Origin: a virus | Lineage: Duplodnaviria > Caudoviricetes | Length of the DNA: 32,739 nt | Direction: 5' to 3' (one strand) | IMG/VR virus record: IMGVR_UViG_3300032232_000594 | Span: 1 to 32,739 of that record | Part shown: piece by piece, positions 8,707-18,477 of the stretch | Layout: every line of letters begins with the position of its first letter | Position numbering within the stretch: the stretch's first letter is position 1 | Position numbers and translations under genes: made by a program | Notes under the pieces: generated by a model | Told to the model about the DNA's origin: nothing | The model's database searches: none | What the model saw: the letters and a program-made list of their open reading frames with translations, nothing else

Positions 8707-10443
8707 ATGCCACTTGCACCAATCAATGTTCCTCCTGGCGTGATGAAGCTGGCGACACCGCTCCAGACGAAGGGGCGTTATTGGGACGCCAATCTAATCC
8801 GCTGGAGGTCTGGAAAGCTGCTTCCTGTTGGCGGGTGGCAGCGTGTAACGTCATCACCCCTTAGCAGCACGATCCGCGGTCTGTTTCCATGGATCGGCGC
8901 AGATGGCGCGACATACACGGCTATTGGATGCGAAAACAAACTCTACATCCTGAGCGGATCAACCTATGATGACAGGACGCCTTCTGGATTCACTTCAGCA
9001 AGTGCAGGATCATATGGCGGGTATGGAGCCTATAACTACGGATACACCTATTACGGGTTAGACACTGATCCGACCTATCCTCGTCCCCCCACGCAGGCTT
9101 TTGTCCCGTCATTCTCGTGGACGTTCGATAACTGGGGTGGCGATCTTCTGGCAGTAGCCTCCTCAGATGGCAGATTGCTGCATTGGAACCATGGAGAGGT
9201 CATCGCTGGTCCAGTTGGAACAAGTACCATCACAACGATCGTGCGCGTCTCGAACGTAGCGACCGTCACCACAGTTGACCATCACGGATATATCGTTGGA
9301 CAGGTTGTCGTCATCAGTGGAAACAGTTTCGGCGCGTTCAATGCAACGCATACCGTTGTGGCGACGCCGAGCGATACGACGTTCACCTTTGCGCTCTCTG
9401 GGACGAATACAACTGGAACTGGCGGATCTGTAACAACGACAACCCCCGTTCCAACAAACAACCGAGGCGTTATCGTCACCCCTGAGCGCCATTGCGTTCT
9501 GATTGGATGCGGCGGAAATGGGCGTCGCGTTGCATGGTCATCGGCAGAGGATTACACCGAGTGGGATTTTGCTGATCCTACAAACACTGCTGGCTATCTC
9601 GATCTAGATACTCAAAACCAGATCGTTATGTGTGCCCCCGTTCGCGAAGGAACGCTGATCTGGACGGAGAACGAAGCATGGCTGATGCGCTATGTCGGCC
9701 TTCCATACATCTACCAGATTGAGCGTATCGGCTTTGGGTGCGGATTGATCGCCCCGCAAGCATTTGCAACGACTGCTGGTCGCTGCATCTGGATGGGCAA
9801 TGAGGCCTTCTGGATTTACGACGGCGGCACCGTTCGTCCTATGCAATGCGATGTTGGATCATTCGTGTTTGAAGACCTTGATCCGCAGACGTCGCACCTT
9901 TGGACGTTTGGATCTGATAACGGCGTCTTTCCTGAAGCCTGGTTCTGGTATCCGTCGAATGGCTCGATCAATCCAGACAAGTATCTGATGTTCTCTTATG
10001 CTGAGACCTGGTGGAGCGTGGGCGAAATGTCTCGCACGGCTGCGTGCGGAACGACCGTCATCAACTATCCATTGGCGTCTGATGAGGAAGGAAACCTCTA
10101 TCAGCATGAGGATGGTTGGACGGCGGCTGGCGATCCGATCACCACAGCCAGATATGCCGAGACCGGCTCGATCAATGCTCAAAATGGGAACATGATCTCG
10201 CATGTTAAGCAGGCGATCACGGATAGCGGCTACGGCTACAACTCGACGCAGTTGACTGTCTATTCATCGTTTACACCTGAAGGCACAGAGACGACGTCTG
10301 GACCGTACAACCCGAGATCAGACGGCTATACCGACATGCGGGTGACCGGGCGTGACTTCAGGATCAAGATCGCCGCAACCGAGGACTCAGAATGGAGCAT
10401 CGGTGAGGTGCGGCTTGAGATGACGGCAGGGGGCGGACGATGA
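8707..10443 (+). CDS. Tail nozzle / DNA-stabilisation protein (P22 gp10-like)
   Basis: 578-aa beta-propeller-like sequence with GGW, DNWG..L, WSS.ED...W, CGLIAP and EAWFWYP motifs; canonical position before ejection genes. Confidence 0.7.
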   Translation: MPLAPINVPPGVMKLATPLQTKGRYWDANLIRWRSGKLLPVGGWQRVTSSPLSSTIRGLFPWIGADGATYTAIGCENKLYILSGSTYDDRTPSGFTSASAGSYGGYGAYNYGYTYYGLDTDPTYPRPPTQAFVPSFSWTFDNWGGDLLAVASSDGRLLHWNHGEVIAGPVGTSTITTIVRVSNVATVTTVDHHGYIVGQVVVISGNSFGAFNATHTVVATPSDTTFTFALSGTNTTGTGGSVTTTTPVPTNNRGVIVTPERHCVLIGCGGNGRRVAWSSAEDYTEWDFADPTNTAGYLDLDTQNQIVMCAPVREGTLIWTENEAWLMRYVGLPYIYQIERIGFGCGLIAPQAFATTAGRCIWMGNEAFWIYDGGTVRPMQCDVGSFVFEDLDPQTSHLWTFGSDNGVFPEAWFWYPSNGSINPDKYLMFSYAETWWSVGEMSRTAACGTTVINYPLASDEEGNLYQHEDGWTAAGDPITTARYAETGSINAQNGNMISHVKQAITDSGYGYNSTQLTVYSSFTPEGTETTSGPYNPRSDGYTDMRVTGRDFRIKIAATEDSEWSIGEVRLEMTAGGGR

Positions 10444-10670
10444 GGCTTAACCTTCCAACTCCGCCCGCCGGATATGACCGCGAGTATTTCCGTTATTCGT
10501 TCAGCGCGATTGAGCGGGCGCAGTTGCTGAACGTCGTCAGGAATGAGGCGGTAGAAAGCATCCTGCTGCAGGCATCGAATGGAACGGTCTGGAAGGTGAC
10601 GGTCAGCGATACTGGAACCTTGCAGACGACATCTGTTCCGCTTGGACAGACGGGAGCGCCGAGCTACTGA
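10440..10670 (+). CDS. Small virion protein
   Basis: ATGA overlap; ILLQASNGTVWKVTVSDTG motif commonly follows nozzle genes. Confidence 0.55.
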   Translation: MRLNLPTPPAGYDREYFRYSFSAIERAQLLNVVRNEAVESILLQASNGTVWKVTVSDTGTLQTTSVPLGQTGAPSY

Positions 10671-11020
10671 TGGAAAAGGCAGAACTGGTCAGGCGCATCA
10701 AGAAGGCTCTGAAGCATGGTTTGGACACTCACAGCTATGATGATCTGGTTGCGGGATTGGATACTGGCGCGTTTCAGATGTTTGCGGACGATGACGGGGT
10801 TGTGGTCACGGAAATTCGGGTTGCGCCCCAAAAGCGATACCTGAATATCGTTCTGGTCGCCGGGGAACTTGAGACGCTGAAGAACATGCAGCCAAGGTTG
10901 GTGGAGTTTGGGCGGGCTAACGGCTGTGAATTTATCCTTGGATCAGGTAGACTAGGCTGGGAAAAGGTTGCAACGCCAGGCTGGAAGAGGCGCTGGGTGG
11001 CTCACACGCTGGATATTTAG
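10670..11020 (+). CDS. GNAT-fold acetyltransferase-like protein (T7 gp13-like position)
   Basis: VVTEI...YLNIVLVAGEL...GC.FI.GSGR.GW motif; lies between nozzle and ejection genes. Confidence 0.55.
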   Translation: MEKAELVRRIKKALKHGLDTHSYDDLVAGLDTGAFQMFADDDGVVVTEIRVAPQKRYLNIVLVAGELETLKNMQPRLVEFGRANGCEFILGSGRLGWEKVATPGWKRRWVAHTLDI

Positions 11021-11029
11021 GAGAACAGC

Positions 11030-11962
11030 ATGTCTGGTGGCGGTGGAACAACAACGCAGGTCAATAAGACCGAATACCCAGAATGGGTTCAGGAGGCTGG
11101 CCGCAAGAACCTTTCTGCGGCCTATGACATCTCCAACACGATGCTGGGGCCGTATGAGGGCCAGCGCGTCGCCAACATGGCTCCCGGTCAGTTGAGCGCG
11201 ATTGGCTCGATCTCGAATAACTATGCAATGGCTCAACCGGCGTTTGCTCAGGCGCAGATGATGGCGGCGCAGTCGGGGCAATACCAACCGCAGCAGGTGA
11301 CGCCTGGCTATTTAGCCAATGCTGATCTGTCAGCCTACATGAACCCCTATACGAAGAACGTCATCGACACTTCTTTGGAGGCGCTGAACACGCAGCGTCA
11401 GACAAACCTAAACCAGGCCTACGCTGATGCGGTCAGAGCCAAGGCGTTTGGTGGATCGCGGCAGGCCATTCAGGAGGGCGTCGTCAATGCTGCGGCGCAG
11501 CAGCAGGCGGGTCAACTTGCGGCCAACCTCTACGGACAGAACTTTCAGCAGGCGCAAGCGGCAGCGCAGGCCGACATTGCTCGCAACTTGCAGGCGCAGC
11601 AGCTCAATCAGGCTGCTGGATTGACTGGTGCTCAGGTCGGCATACAGGGTGCGCAAACGCTGGGTGGATTGGCTGGCGCTGGTCAGGAAGCCTTCCTCAC
11701 CGGGGCAACGGGCGCTCTTGGTGCGCAGTCTCTCATTCAACAGCAGCAACAGGCGCAGTTGGATGCGGCGCGGCAGGCCTATGCTGAGTCGCAGCAATTC
11801 CCGCTCCAGCAGCTCCAAATACCTCTGACGGCTTTGGGCGCAAGCCCATATGGCGGAACCCAGACGCAGACTGGAACTGGCGGAAGCAGCAGCGGGCTGC
11901 TGACTGGTCTGGGTGCGGCATCGTCTGCGGCCACCATCCTTGCGACGCTGGCCTCTCTATGA
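11030..11962 (+). CDS. Internal virion / DNA ejection (pilot) protein
   Basis: MSGGGG start; Q/A-rich; YMNPY and AFGGSRQ motifs; hydrophobic Gly-rich C-terminus. Confidence 0.65.
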   Translation: MSGGGGTTTQVNKTEYPEWVQEAGRKNLSAAYDISNTMLGPYEGQRVANMAPGQLSAIGSISNNYAMAQPAFAQAQMMAAQSGQYQPQQVTPGYLANADLSAYMNPYTKNVIDTSLEALNTQRQTNLNQAYADAVRAKAFGGSRQAIQEGVVNAAAQQQAGQLAANLYGQNFQQAQAAAQADIARNLQAQQLNQAAGLTGAQVGIQGAQTLGGLAGAGQEAFLTGATGALGAQSLIQQQQQAQLDAARQAYAESQQFPLQQLQIPLTALGASPYGGTQTQTGTGGSSSGLLTGLGAASSAATILATLASL

Positions 11963-12648
11963 TCGATACGGCGCTTCAGTTCAGCGGCGGCAAGGACAGC
12001 CTTGCTTGTCTCTATCTCTATAAAGAGAGATGGAACGACATCTATGTTGTCTGGCTGAACACTGGAGCTTCCTATCCTGAGATGATCGACTATATGGAGC
12101 GATGGTCCAAAAGGTTGCCGCACTTTGTTCATCTGAAGTCGGACCAGCCTGCAAACATCGCGGAAAGAGGATGGCCGGTTGACGTTGTACCAGTCGAGAA
12201 CACGGCGCTTGGCAAGGTCATCACCGGCAATACAGGGCCGACAATGCAATCGTGTCTTGAGTGCTGCGCGATCAACATCTGGATACCGCTTTATCAGGGC
12301 ATCAAGGACTTGGGTTGCACCAAGATCATCAAGGGTCAGCGGTTGGGCGATCGACGCAAATCAACGTCCAAGAATGGACAGGTCATCGACGGCATCGAAT
12401 ACATCATGCCGGTTGAGAACTGGACGGAAAAGCAGATATTCGACTATCTGGCTGAAGTCGGGGCAGACATGCCGCCGGGTTATGGGTTGGGCGAAAAGAC
12501 TGGTCGGGATTGCTGGGATTGCACTGGCTTTCTCGATGACAACCGCAAGCGCATCGACAATTTGCCGGAAGCGAAGCGAACCGAGATGCTGCGTAGATTG
12601 GCAATCATCGACAAAGCAATCGACGATCAAAGGATGCGTCATGGCTGA
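11959..12648 (+). CDS. PAPS/APS-reductase (CysH/DndC)-family PP-loop protein, probable 4Fe-4S
   Basis: QFSGGKDS PP-loop, NTG, CC dyad, KGQR..D, P..NWT...I.DY and CWDC motifs. Confidence 0.85.
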   Translation: MIDTALQFSGGKDSLACLYLYKERWNDIYVVWLNTGASYPEMIDYMERWSKRLPHFVHLKSDQPANIAERGWPVDVVPVENTALGKVITGNTGPTMQSCLECCAINIWIPLYQGIKDLGCTKIIKGQRLGDRRKSTSKNGQVIDGIEYIMPVENWTEKQIFDYLAEVGADMPPGYGLGEKTGRDCWDCTGFLDDNRKRIDNLPEAKRTEMLRRLAIIDKAIDDQRMRHG

Positions 12649-13453
12649 CATCAATGAGATTGCAGATTACATCTGGAAGCGCGCAAGGAGCTACAATGTA
12701 GACCCCGCAATGGCTCTTGGTATCGCTAAGTCGGAAGGTTTGAACCCAAAAACCATTGGATCGCCTACCTTTGGGAACAAGGATGCTCGCGGCTATTCTT
12801 ATGGTCCGTATCAGCTTTATTCAGGATCAAGTGATCCGACAAAGGTTGCGCCAGGCGGCATGGCACATGAGTTTGTGCAGAAGTATGGCGAGATTCCATC
12901 TGCATCAAACTGGCAGCAGCAAGTCGATTTCTCTTTGGAGCGAATGGCGAACAAGGGGGTCAAGGATTGGTATGCCGTACGCGATCGTGGGGGCGTTGAG
13001 AACATCACAAAGATTGGCGAAAAGTATGCAGGGGAACTTGGGTTCACAGGTCAACCAGCCCCGGCTCCTGCTGGCGTTTCGCCTCCTTGGTCAAACCCGG
13101 TTAGCGCACTTGGCGATCTAGATCAGAGATATCTCAACGGCGGCTTGAGTTTCCTTGCCAGCCCGATTACTGGGCTTCTGGGCGGCGGATCACCGCAGCC
13201 ACCACCAGCAACCCCGATGCCAGGACAGCGGATGCCTGATATACTGGCTCCAGTGCAAGGCGGCGATGCGCGGCTGGAGCCTGCTGGGATCACTCCAGCA
13301 ACGGCGAAGGAACTGGCAGGGTTGTCGTCGCTAGGTAATGCCTTGATGGCTGCTGGAGCGCCGAAGGGGCCGCCTCCGATGCTGGCTGGTGTGTCGCATC
13401 GTCCAAAAGTGAAAGACGACCTGTTTGCAGGCTTATTCGGATACATGGGGTAA
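12641..13453 (+). CDS. Virion-associated lytic transglycosylase/lysozyme-like ejection protein
   Basis: Start MADINEIADY at 12641; VDP.MALGIAKSEG...SYGPYQL lysozyme-fold motif; Pro/Gly-rich tail. Confidence 0.65.
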   Translation: MADINEIADYIWKRARSYNVDPAMALGIAKSEGLNPKTIGSPTFGNKDARGYSYGPYQLYSGSSDPTKVAPGGMAHEFVQKYGEIPSASNWQQQVDFSLERMANKGVKDWYAVRDRGGVENITKIGEKYAGELGFTGQPAPAPAGVSPPWSNPVSALGDLDQRYLNGGLSFLASPITGLLGGGSPQPPPATPMPGQRMPDILAPVQGGDARLEPAGITPATAKELAGLSSLGNALMAAGAPKGPPPMLAGVSHRPKVKDDLFAGLFGYMG

Positions 13454-13458
13454 AGACA

Positions 13459-15333
13459 ATGGCGACAGCAGCAGAAGTTCAAGACCTTTACAATTCAGTC
13501 ATTGGCCGCACTGGAACGCCGGATGAGGTGGCTTGGTGGCTAAATACTGGAAAAAGCAGGGGAGAGATGCTGCTTGATTTCATTAATGCACGAAACGACG
13601 CCGCACAGGTTCAGCGGGCGGCAGAAATCGTGCAATCTGGAGCAAGCCAGATCACAAATCCGACGTCTTGGAATAGCATCGTTCAAAATGTTGCTCCTAC
13701 AACTACAACTTCCGCAACCCTTCCTAGCGTCATGGGCGGTAAAACAACTGGTTCGACCGCAGATGAAGTGCAGTCGCTCTATAAATCAATCATTGGCCGA
13801 ACCGGAACGCCGGATGAGGTGGCTTGGTGGGTCAATCGCGGCATGACGATGGACCAAATGGCTCCTGAGTTTATGGCTGCAAAGAACAATGCGGCTACGG
13901 TCCAGAGGGCGGCGGACATTGTTAAGTCTGGCGCAAGTCAAGTTGTTAATCCGACGACATGGGCTGATGTTTTAAGCGGCGTTACCAACGCGACAACAAC
14001 TGGTGGGGTAACTGGTGGTTTGTTGGGAGCAACAACTGATGAAACAACTGGTAAGACAACTAGTGCGGTGACTGGTGGTTTGTTGGGAGCAACAACTGAT
14101 GAAACAACTGGTAAGACAACTAGTGCGGTGACTGGTGGTTTGTTGGGAGCAACAACTGATGAAACAACTGGTAATACAACTGATGCGGTAACTGGTAAGG
14201 TAACAACTGGTAATACAACTGATGAAACAACTGGTAATACAACTGATGCGGTAACTGGTAAGGTAACAACTGGTAATACAACTGGTAATACAACTGATGC
14301 GGTAACTGGTAAGGTAACAACTGGTAATACAACTGATGCGGTAACTGGTAAGGTAACAACTGGTAATACAACTGATGCGGTAACTGGTAAGGTAACAACT
14401 GGTAATACAACTGATGCGGTGACTGGTGGGGTGACTGGTGGGGTAACTGGTGGGGTTCAAGGTCCAACAGCGTCTGACATTCAATCGCTCTATAATAGCT
14501 TGATCGGTCGAACGGGGACTGCTGATGAAGTTAATGCTTGGCTTAAAAGCGGCAAAAGCATTTCTCAGATGGTATCTGACTTTATGGATGCCCGCAACAA
14601 TTCTGCTGCTATCCAACAGTCTGCTGACCTCATTAAGTCAGGGGCTAGCCAGGTCACGAATGCCAGCACATGGCAGTCAATTTTGGATAGCATAAAGGCT
14701 AAAGCCACAACTACCGGCACGACGACTGGTGGGTTGCTTGGTGAAACGACAACCGGCGGCGTAAAGCAGACTGTTACAGCGGCTGATATTTCCAATCTAT
14801 ATAGAAATATCATCGGATCAACCGCCGACACAAAAGGTATGAATTTTTGGCTTGGAAAGGCTGCTGGCGGGATGGATCTCGCCACTATGGAGGCCGAGTT
14901 TAGAACGGCGATGACTGATCCTGCATTGCTGGCTCAACGTGCAGCTCTTATCAAGTCTGGTGAAGCGCAAAATGTGACGTCATCTACTATGCCTTCTGGC
15001 TTCACAGGATTCCAATCTGGCATCCGTGAGGTTCCATTTGGAGGAACTGTCGTTGGGCAAAACGTCACTGGCCCTGGCCCGGCATATACTGCGGCTATGT
15101 ACGCACCTTCGATCCAAGATGCTTTCTTGCGGTCGATGCAGTATCAGTCGCAGCTTCCCAACATGCTCCCTGTCTTCAATCCTGCGGCGACACCTTCGAT
15201 CTATCCGCAGATTGCGCAGGAACTGGGCCGATACAACATTGCTGGAGCGCAAGTTCCTTCATGGCTGCGTGTGACGACGCCAACTGATGCAAACACGCTT
15301 GCAACAGCGCGGACCACTTCTACCGGAGAATGA
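13459..15333 (+). CDS. Repeat protein: four DUF4214-like helical repeats plus Thr/Gly tandem-repeat linker
   Basis: Four copies of (E/D)(V/I)..LY...IG.T......(A/F)W...G.....M...F near 13459, 13753, 14467 and 14773. Confidence 0.6.
   Translation: MATAAEVQDLYNSVIGRTGTPDEVAWWLNTGKSRGEMLLDFINARNDAAQVQRAAEIVQSGASQITNPTSWNSIVQNVAPTTTTSATLPSVMGGKTTGSTADEVQSLYKSIIGRTGTPDEVAWWVNRGMTMDQMAPEFMAAKNNAATVQRAADIVKSGASQVVNPTTWADVLSGVTNATTTGGVTGGLLGATTDETTGKTTSAVTGGLLGATTDETTGKTTSAVTGGLLGATTDETTGNTTDAVTGKVTTGNTTDETTGNTTDAVTGKVTTGNTTGNTTDAVTGKVTTGNTTDAVTGKVTTGNTTDAVTGKVTTGNTTDAVTGGVTGGVTGGVQGPTASDIQSLYNSLIGRTGTADEVNAWLKSGKSISQMVSDFMDARNNSAAIQQSADLIKSGASQVTNASTWQSILDSIKAKATTTGTTTGGLLGETTTGGVKQTVTAADISNLYRNIIGSTADTKGMNFWLGKAAGGMDLATMEAEFRTAMTDPALLAQRAALIKSGEAQNVTSSTMPSGFTGFQSGIREVPFGGTVVGQNVTGPGPAYTAAMYAPSIQDAFLRSMQYQSQLPNMLPVFNPAATPSIYPQIAQELGRYNIAGAQVPSWLRVTTPTDANTLATARTTSTGE
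13993..14457 (+). repeat. Coding VNTR built from ACAACTGGT-like subunits (60-bp and 39-bp higher-order units)
   Basis: Exact 60-bp copies at 14011-14070 and 14071-14130; repeated ACTGGTAAGGTAACAACTGGTAATACAACTGATGCGGTA units from 14191. Confidence 0.95.
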
Positions 15334-15336
15334 CCA

Positions 15337-16956
15337 ATGGCTGATGATGAAATCGGCGGCGGGCTGCTTGGGTCCGCTAGTAAGTTTGGCAGCGATGTTT
15401 GGTCTGGCCTAAGTGGGTTGCTAGGTGGCGGCGCTGCGCCGACTACCGGGCAGCAGCAGGACATGCTTGCGATGCTGTCTCCTGAAGATCAGCGCCGTCT
15501 TGGCTTGTCGATGCTTGGGCAGCTTGGCTCTACCTTGCTGGCTGCTGGGCAGCGTCAGACGGGTGCGCAGAGGGCTGAGAAGCTGGCGCAGTTGGGCAAC
15601 ATTGGAACCAACATTGAACAGTCAATCGTTCGAAATGCGATGCTTCAGCAGCAGCGTCAGGCGGCGCAGAGGCAGGCTGAGTTGTTTGCCCCGCAACTGA
15701 CATCTGCAAGGGCTATGGCTGCTGAGAAGGAAATCGCTCTCAGACAGATGCAGGAAACTGTCTCAGCGCAGGAGAACCTTCGCAAGCTTCGTGACGAGAA
15801 TCCAGAGGCTTTGGCGAAAGATCTTGGCATTGATAATGTCGGCCTTATCAAGACGATGCCGATTGACCAGCTTCTGACGATCACGAAGGAAGTCGCGGTT
15901 AAGAAGGCAATGCGGTCTCCGTTGGAGATGGCTGCGCAGGCTGAGATTGCCAAAAGCCTTGGCATCGGCCAGCAAGGTCAGGCTATGCAGCCTGTAGTTG
16001 CTCCCGTGGCTGCTCCGGTTGCTGTTCCTGTTGCCCCTGCAATGGGTGCACTGCAGGTTGGGATTCCAGCTCCTGCTGATAACATGGCGTTGGATTACTC
16101 GCGGTATCCAGAAACCGGGCGGCCTCCGGTTGCTGAAGCACCGACTGTTGCTGCGCCTTCTGCCCCAGCCACTCCTGGTGGCGTAGTATCAATGCCGACG
16201 CCGACCAATCCAGAGGCTGCAAGGCTTCGTGCTCTTGCCAGCAATCCGCTGATAAACGCTGCTGATCCGGCCAAGGCAAAAGCTTTCGCCGAATTGGCGG
16301 ATAAGATTGACCCGGCTGGCGCGGTTAAGGCTGCTGAACGCATTGAGTTGAATAGGGCTGAGATGCGCATCAATCAGCCAAAGGTCGAACAGGCACTCGC
16401 GGGCCAAATGCTGCAATCCAAGAACGTGCTGGATACAATCAACAGGGCGCAGGGCAATGTAAGTAAGTGGTCTGCTGGGCGCGGTTCATTACTTGCTGTT
16501 GTCCCTGAAACGCAGGCTAGAGACCTGCAATCAGATTTGGCGACGATCAAGGCAAATCTTGGTTTTGAGGCGCTTAACACAATACGACAGAATTCGGCAA
16601 CAGGTGGCGCGCTTGGCCCTGTTTCTGAAAAGGAACTTGTTTTTCTTCAGTCCACGATTGATAGTCTGGACCAGGCCAAATCACCAGACGATTTGAAACG
16701 CGCTCTTTCCAACATAGCGACAAAGATAAGAGCGTTCCAAACACTTAAAGAGCGCGCTTACGAAAAGGACTATGGTCAAAAATTTGACCTGAAGAAGTTT
16801 GCTGGTGAAGACATGGGTGAAGGCCAACCGTCTCCTGGTGCTGGAGCACAACCGGCAGCAACGATCCCGGTAGTCAATTCTCCTGCTGAGGCCCGCAAAC
16901 TTCCATCCGGGACTGTCTTTATGACACCCGATGGCAGAAGAAAGGTGGTTCCGTAA
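15337..16956 (+). CDS. Internal virion / ejection protein
   Basis: A/Q-rich helical; LATIKANLGF..L...R..S.TGGALG.VS..EL..L motif; ends LPSGT.F.TPDG. Confidence 0.6.
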   Translation: MADDEIGGGLLGSASKFGSDVWSGLSGLLGGGAAPTTGQQQDMLAMLSPEDQRRLGLSMLGQLGSTLLAAGQRQTGAQRAEKLAQLGNIGTNIEQSIVRNAMLQQQRQAAQRQAELFAPQLTSARAMAAEKEIALRQMQETVSAQENLRKLRDENPEALAKDLGIDNVGLIKTMPIDQLLTITKEVAVKKAMRSPLEMAAQAEIAKSLGIGQQGQAMQPVVAPVAAPVAVPVAPAMGALQVGIPAPADNMALDYSRYPETGRPPVAEAPTVAAPSAPATPGGVVSMPTPTNPEAARLRALASNPLINAADPAKAKAFAELADKIDPAGAVKAAERIELNRAEMRINQPKVEQALAGQMLQSKNVLDTINRAQGNVSKWSAGRGSLLAVVPETQARDLQSDLATIKANLGFEALNTIRQNSATGGALGPVSEKELVFLQSTIDSLDQAKSPDDLKRALSNIATKIRAFQTLKERAYEKDYGQKFDLKKFAGEDMGEGQPSPGAGAQPAATIPVVNSPAEARKLPSGTVFMTPDGRRKVVP

Positions 16957-18458
16957 TGGCAAGCTCTGATTGGGACTCATTTCCGGACGCGCCATCGGCA
17001 AAAAAGGATGATTGGTCTTCTTTTGCAGATGCCGCCCCGTCCACCGAAAAGCCGTTGCTTCAGTCTGCCACAGACAAGCTGCGGTTCTTCAACGACATCC
17101 TGACAATGGGTGGTTGGGACAAGCTTCAGGCAGCGGCTAAGGCCGCCGTTAACCAGAAGAGCTATGCCGACCTTCTTGCGCAGGAACGTGCGAGGACCGC
17201 TGAGGCTCAGAAGGGCCTTGGAACGGCAGAAGAGATTGCATTGCGCACTGCTGGCATCGCTCCTTTGATGCTTGGTGGCGGCCTGTTTGGTGTGGCTGCA
17301 AGAGGGGCAGAGGCATTGGCTCCTGCAACCGCAGCAACGCAAATGGTTCGAGCTGCTGCAAGCCCTACAACAACCACCGGGCGCATTGGCGCTGGTGCTG
17401 CTGAGGCTGGCCTTACGAGTGCCGCTGAGGCTGCTGGACGCGACTACAATATCCCTGAAGCCATGACTACTGGCATGTTGCTTGGCGGCGGCGTGTCTGG
17501 CCTTGGTAGCCTTGCATCTCGCAATGTCACGCCGCCTGCTGCTGCTACATTGCGAAATCAGGCAAACGAGGCTTACGACACGGCTAGACAGGCTGGTGTT
17601 CGAATTGGTCAGAACAGGATTGATGATCTTGTACAGAACGTGACACGAGTTGCCGATGATTTTGGCCTCGATCCTGTTTTGCAACCTCGTGCGACTAGGG
17701 CATTGAACCGCATTCAAGAACTAACCGGTCAGAACGTCGATCTTGTCGATCTTGATACGGTTCGTAAGGTTGCCCAGACTGCTGCTAGGTCTCAGGATCC
17801 TAGCGATAGGGCTGCATCTGCCATGATCGTCAGTGAACTAGACAATTTTGTAAATAGGCTTCGACCTAACGATGTCGTTGCTGGGAATGCGCGAGAAGGC
17901 ATTGATGCGTTTAACCAAGCTCGTCAACTCTGGGGCCGTCAAGCTAAGGCCAATGTCGTTGATGAACTAATTGATCGAGCGGCTACACGCGCTGGTCAGT
18001 TTTCTGGTTCTGGATATGAGAATGCGCTTCGCACTGAATTCAGGCAGCTTGCCATGAACAGAAATAGGATGCGCGGTTTTACGGAACAGGAGCGCAATGC
18101 AATCCGCCGGGTTGCTGAAGGCGGACCTCTCGAAAACGCAGCGCGTTATCTTGGCAAGCTTGCTCCGACTGGTGTTGTTAGTGGCGGCATCTCTGGATCG
18201 GCTGGATATGCGGCTGGTGGTCCATTGGGTGTTGCTGCAATGTATGGTGCTGGGCTTGCCGGACGTCAGGCCGCTACCTCAATGACGGCTGCAAATGCGG
18301 AACGTGCATCGGAACTGATGCGAGCCGGGCGTGCTGGCATACAGCGCAGGCAGTTGACGCCAGAGGAAATGATGTACCTGCGGGCCGCGTCAAACTACGG
18401 CATCATGCAGGGAAATGCTGATGCTGCGATGCAACAAGGCGGATTGCTAGGCCAATAA
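16956..18458 (+). CDS. Large internal virion / ejection protein
   Basis: TAATG coupling; DWDSFPDAP acidic start; Gly/Ala hydrophobic stretches; last gene of the late operon. Confidence 0.6.
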   Translation: MASSDWDSFPDAPSAKKDDWSSFADAAPSTEKPLLQSATDKLRFFNDILTMGGWDKLQAAAKAAVNQKSYADLLAQERARTAEAQKGLGTAEEIALRTAGIAPLMLGGGLFGVAARGAEALAPATAATQMVRAAASPTTTTGRIGAGAAEAGLTSAAEAAGRDYNIPEAMTTGMLLGGGVSGLGSLASRNVTPPAAATLRNQANEAYDTARQAGVRIGQNRIDDLVQNVTRVADDFGLDPVLQPRATRALNRIQELTGQNVDLVDLDTVRKVAQTAARSQDPSDRAASAMIVSELDNFVNRLRPNDVVAGNAREGIDAFNQARQLWGRQAKANVVDELIDRAATRAGQFSGSGYENALRTEFRQLAMNRNRMRGFTEQERNAIRRVAEGGPLENAARYLGKLAPTGVVSGGISGSAGYAAGGPLGVAAMYGAGLAGRQAATSMTAANAERASELMRAGRAGIQRRQLTPEEMMYLRAASNYGIMQGNADAAMQQGGLLGQ

Positions 18459-18477
18459 GTAACTGATTTTTAACCAG

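Noticed and set aside
12179-12640. N-terminal extension of the lysozyme-like ORF overlapping the CysH-like gene
   Set aside because: Arg/Ser-rich off-frame translation; a coupled ATG at 12641 with AAGGA upstream fits better.
11959-12648. Calling this cysH, a sulfur-assimilation auxiliary metabolic gene
   Set aside because: Lacks the ECGLH catalytic tail and sits in a virion operon.
13972-14616. Antisense repeat ORFs (SCITSC.., QLYYQL..)
   Set aside because: Shadows of the sense-strand VNTR.
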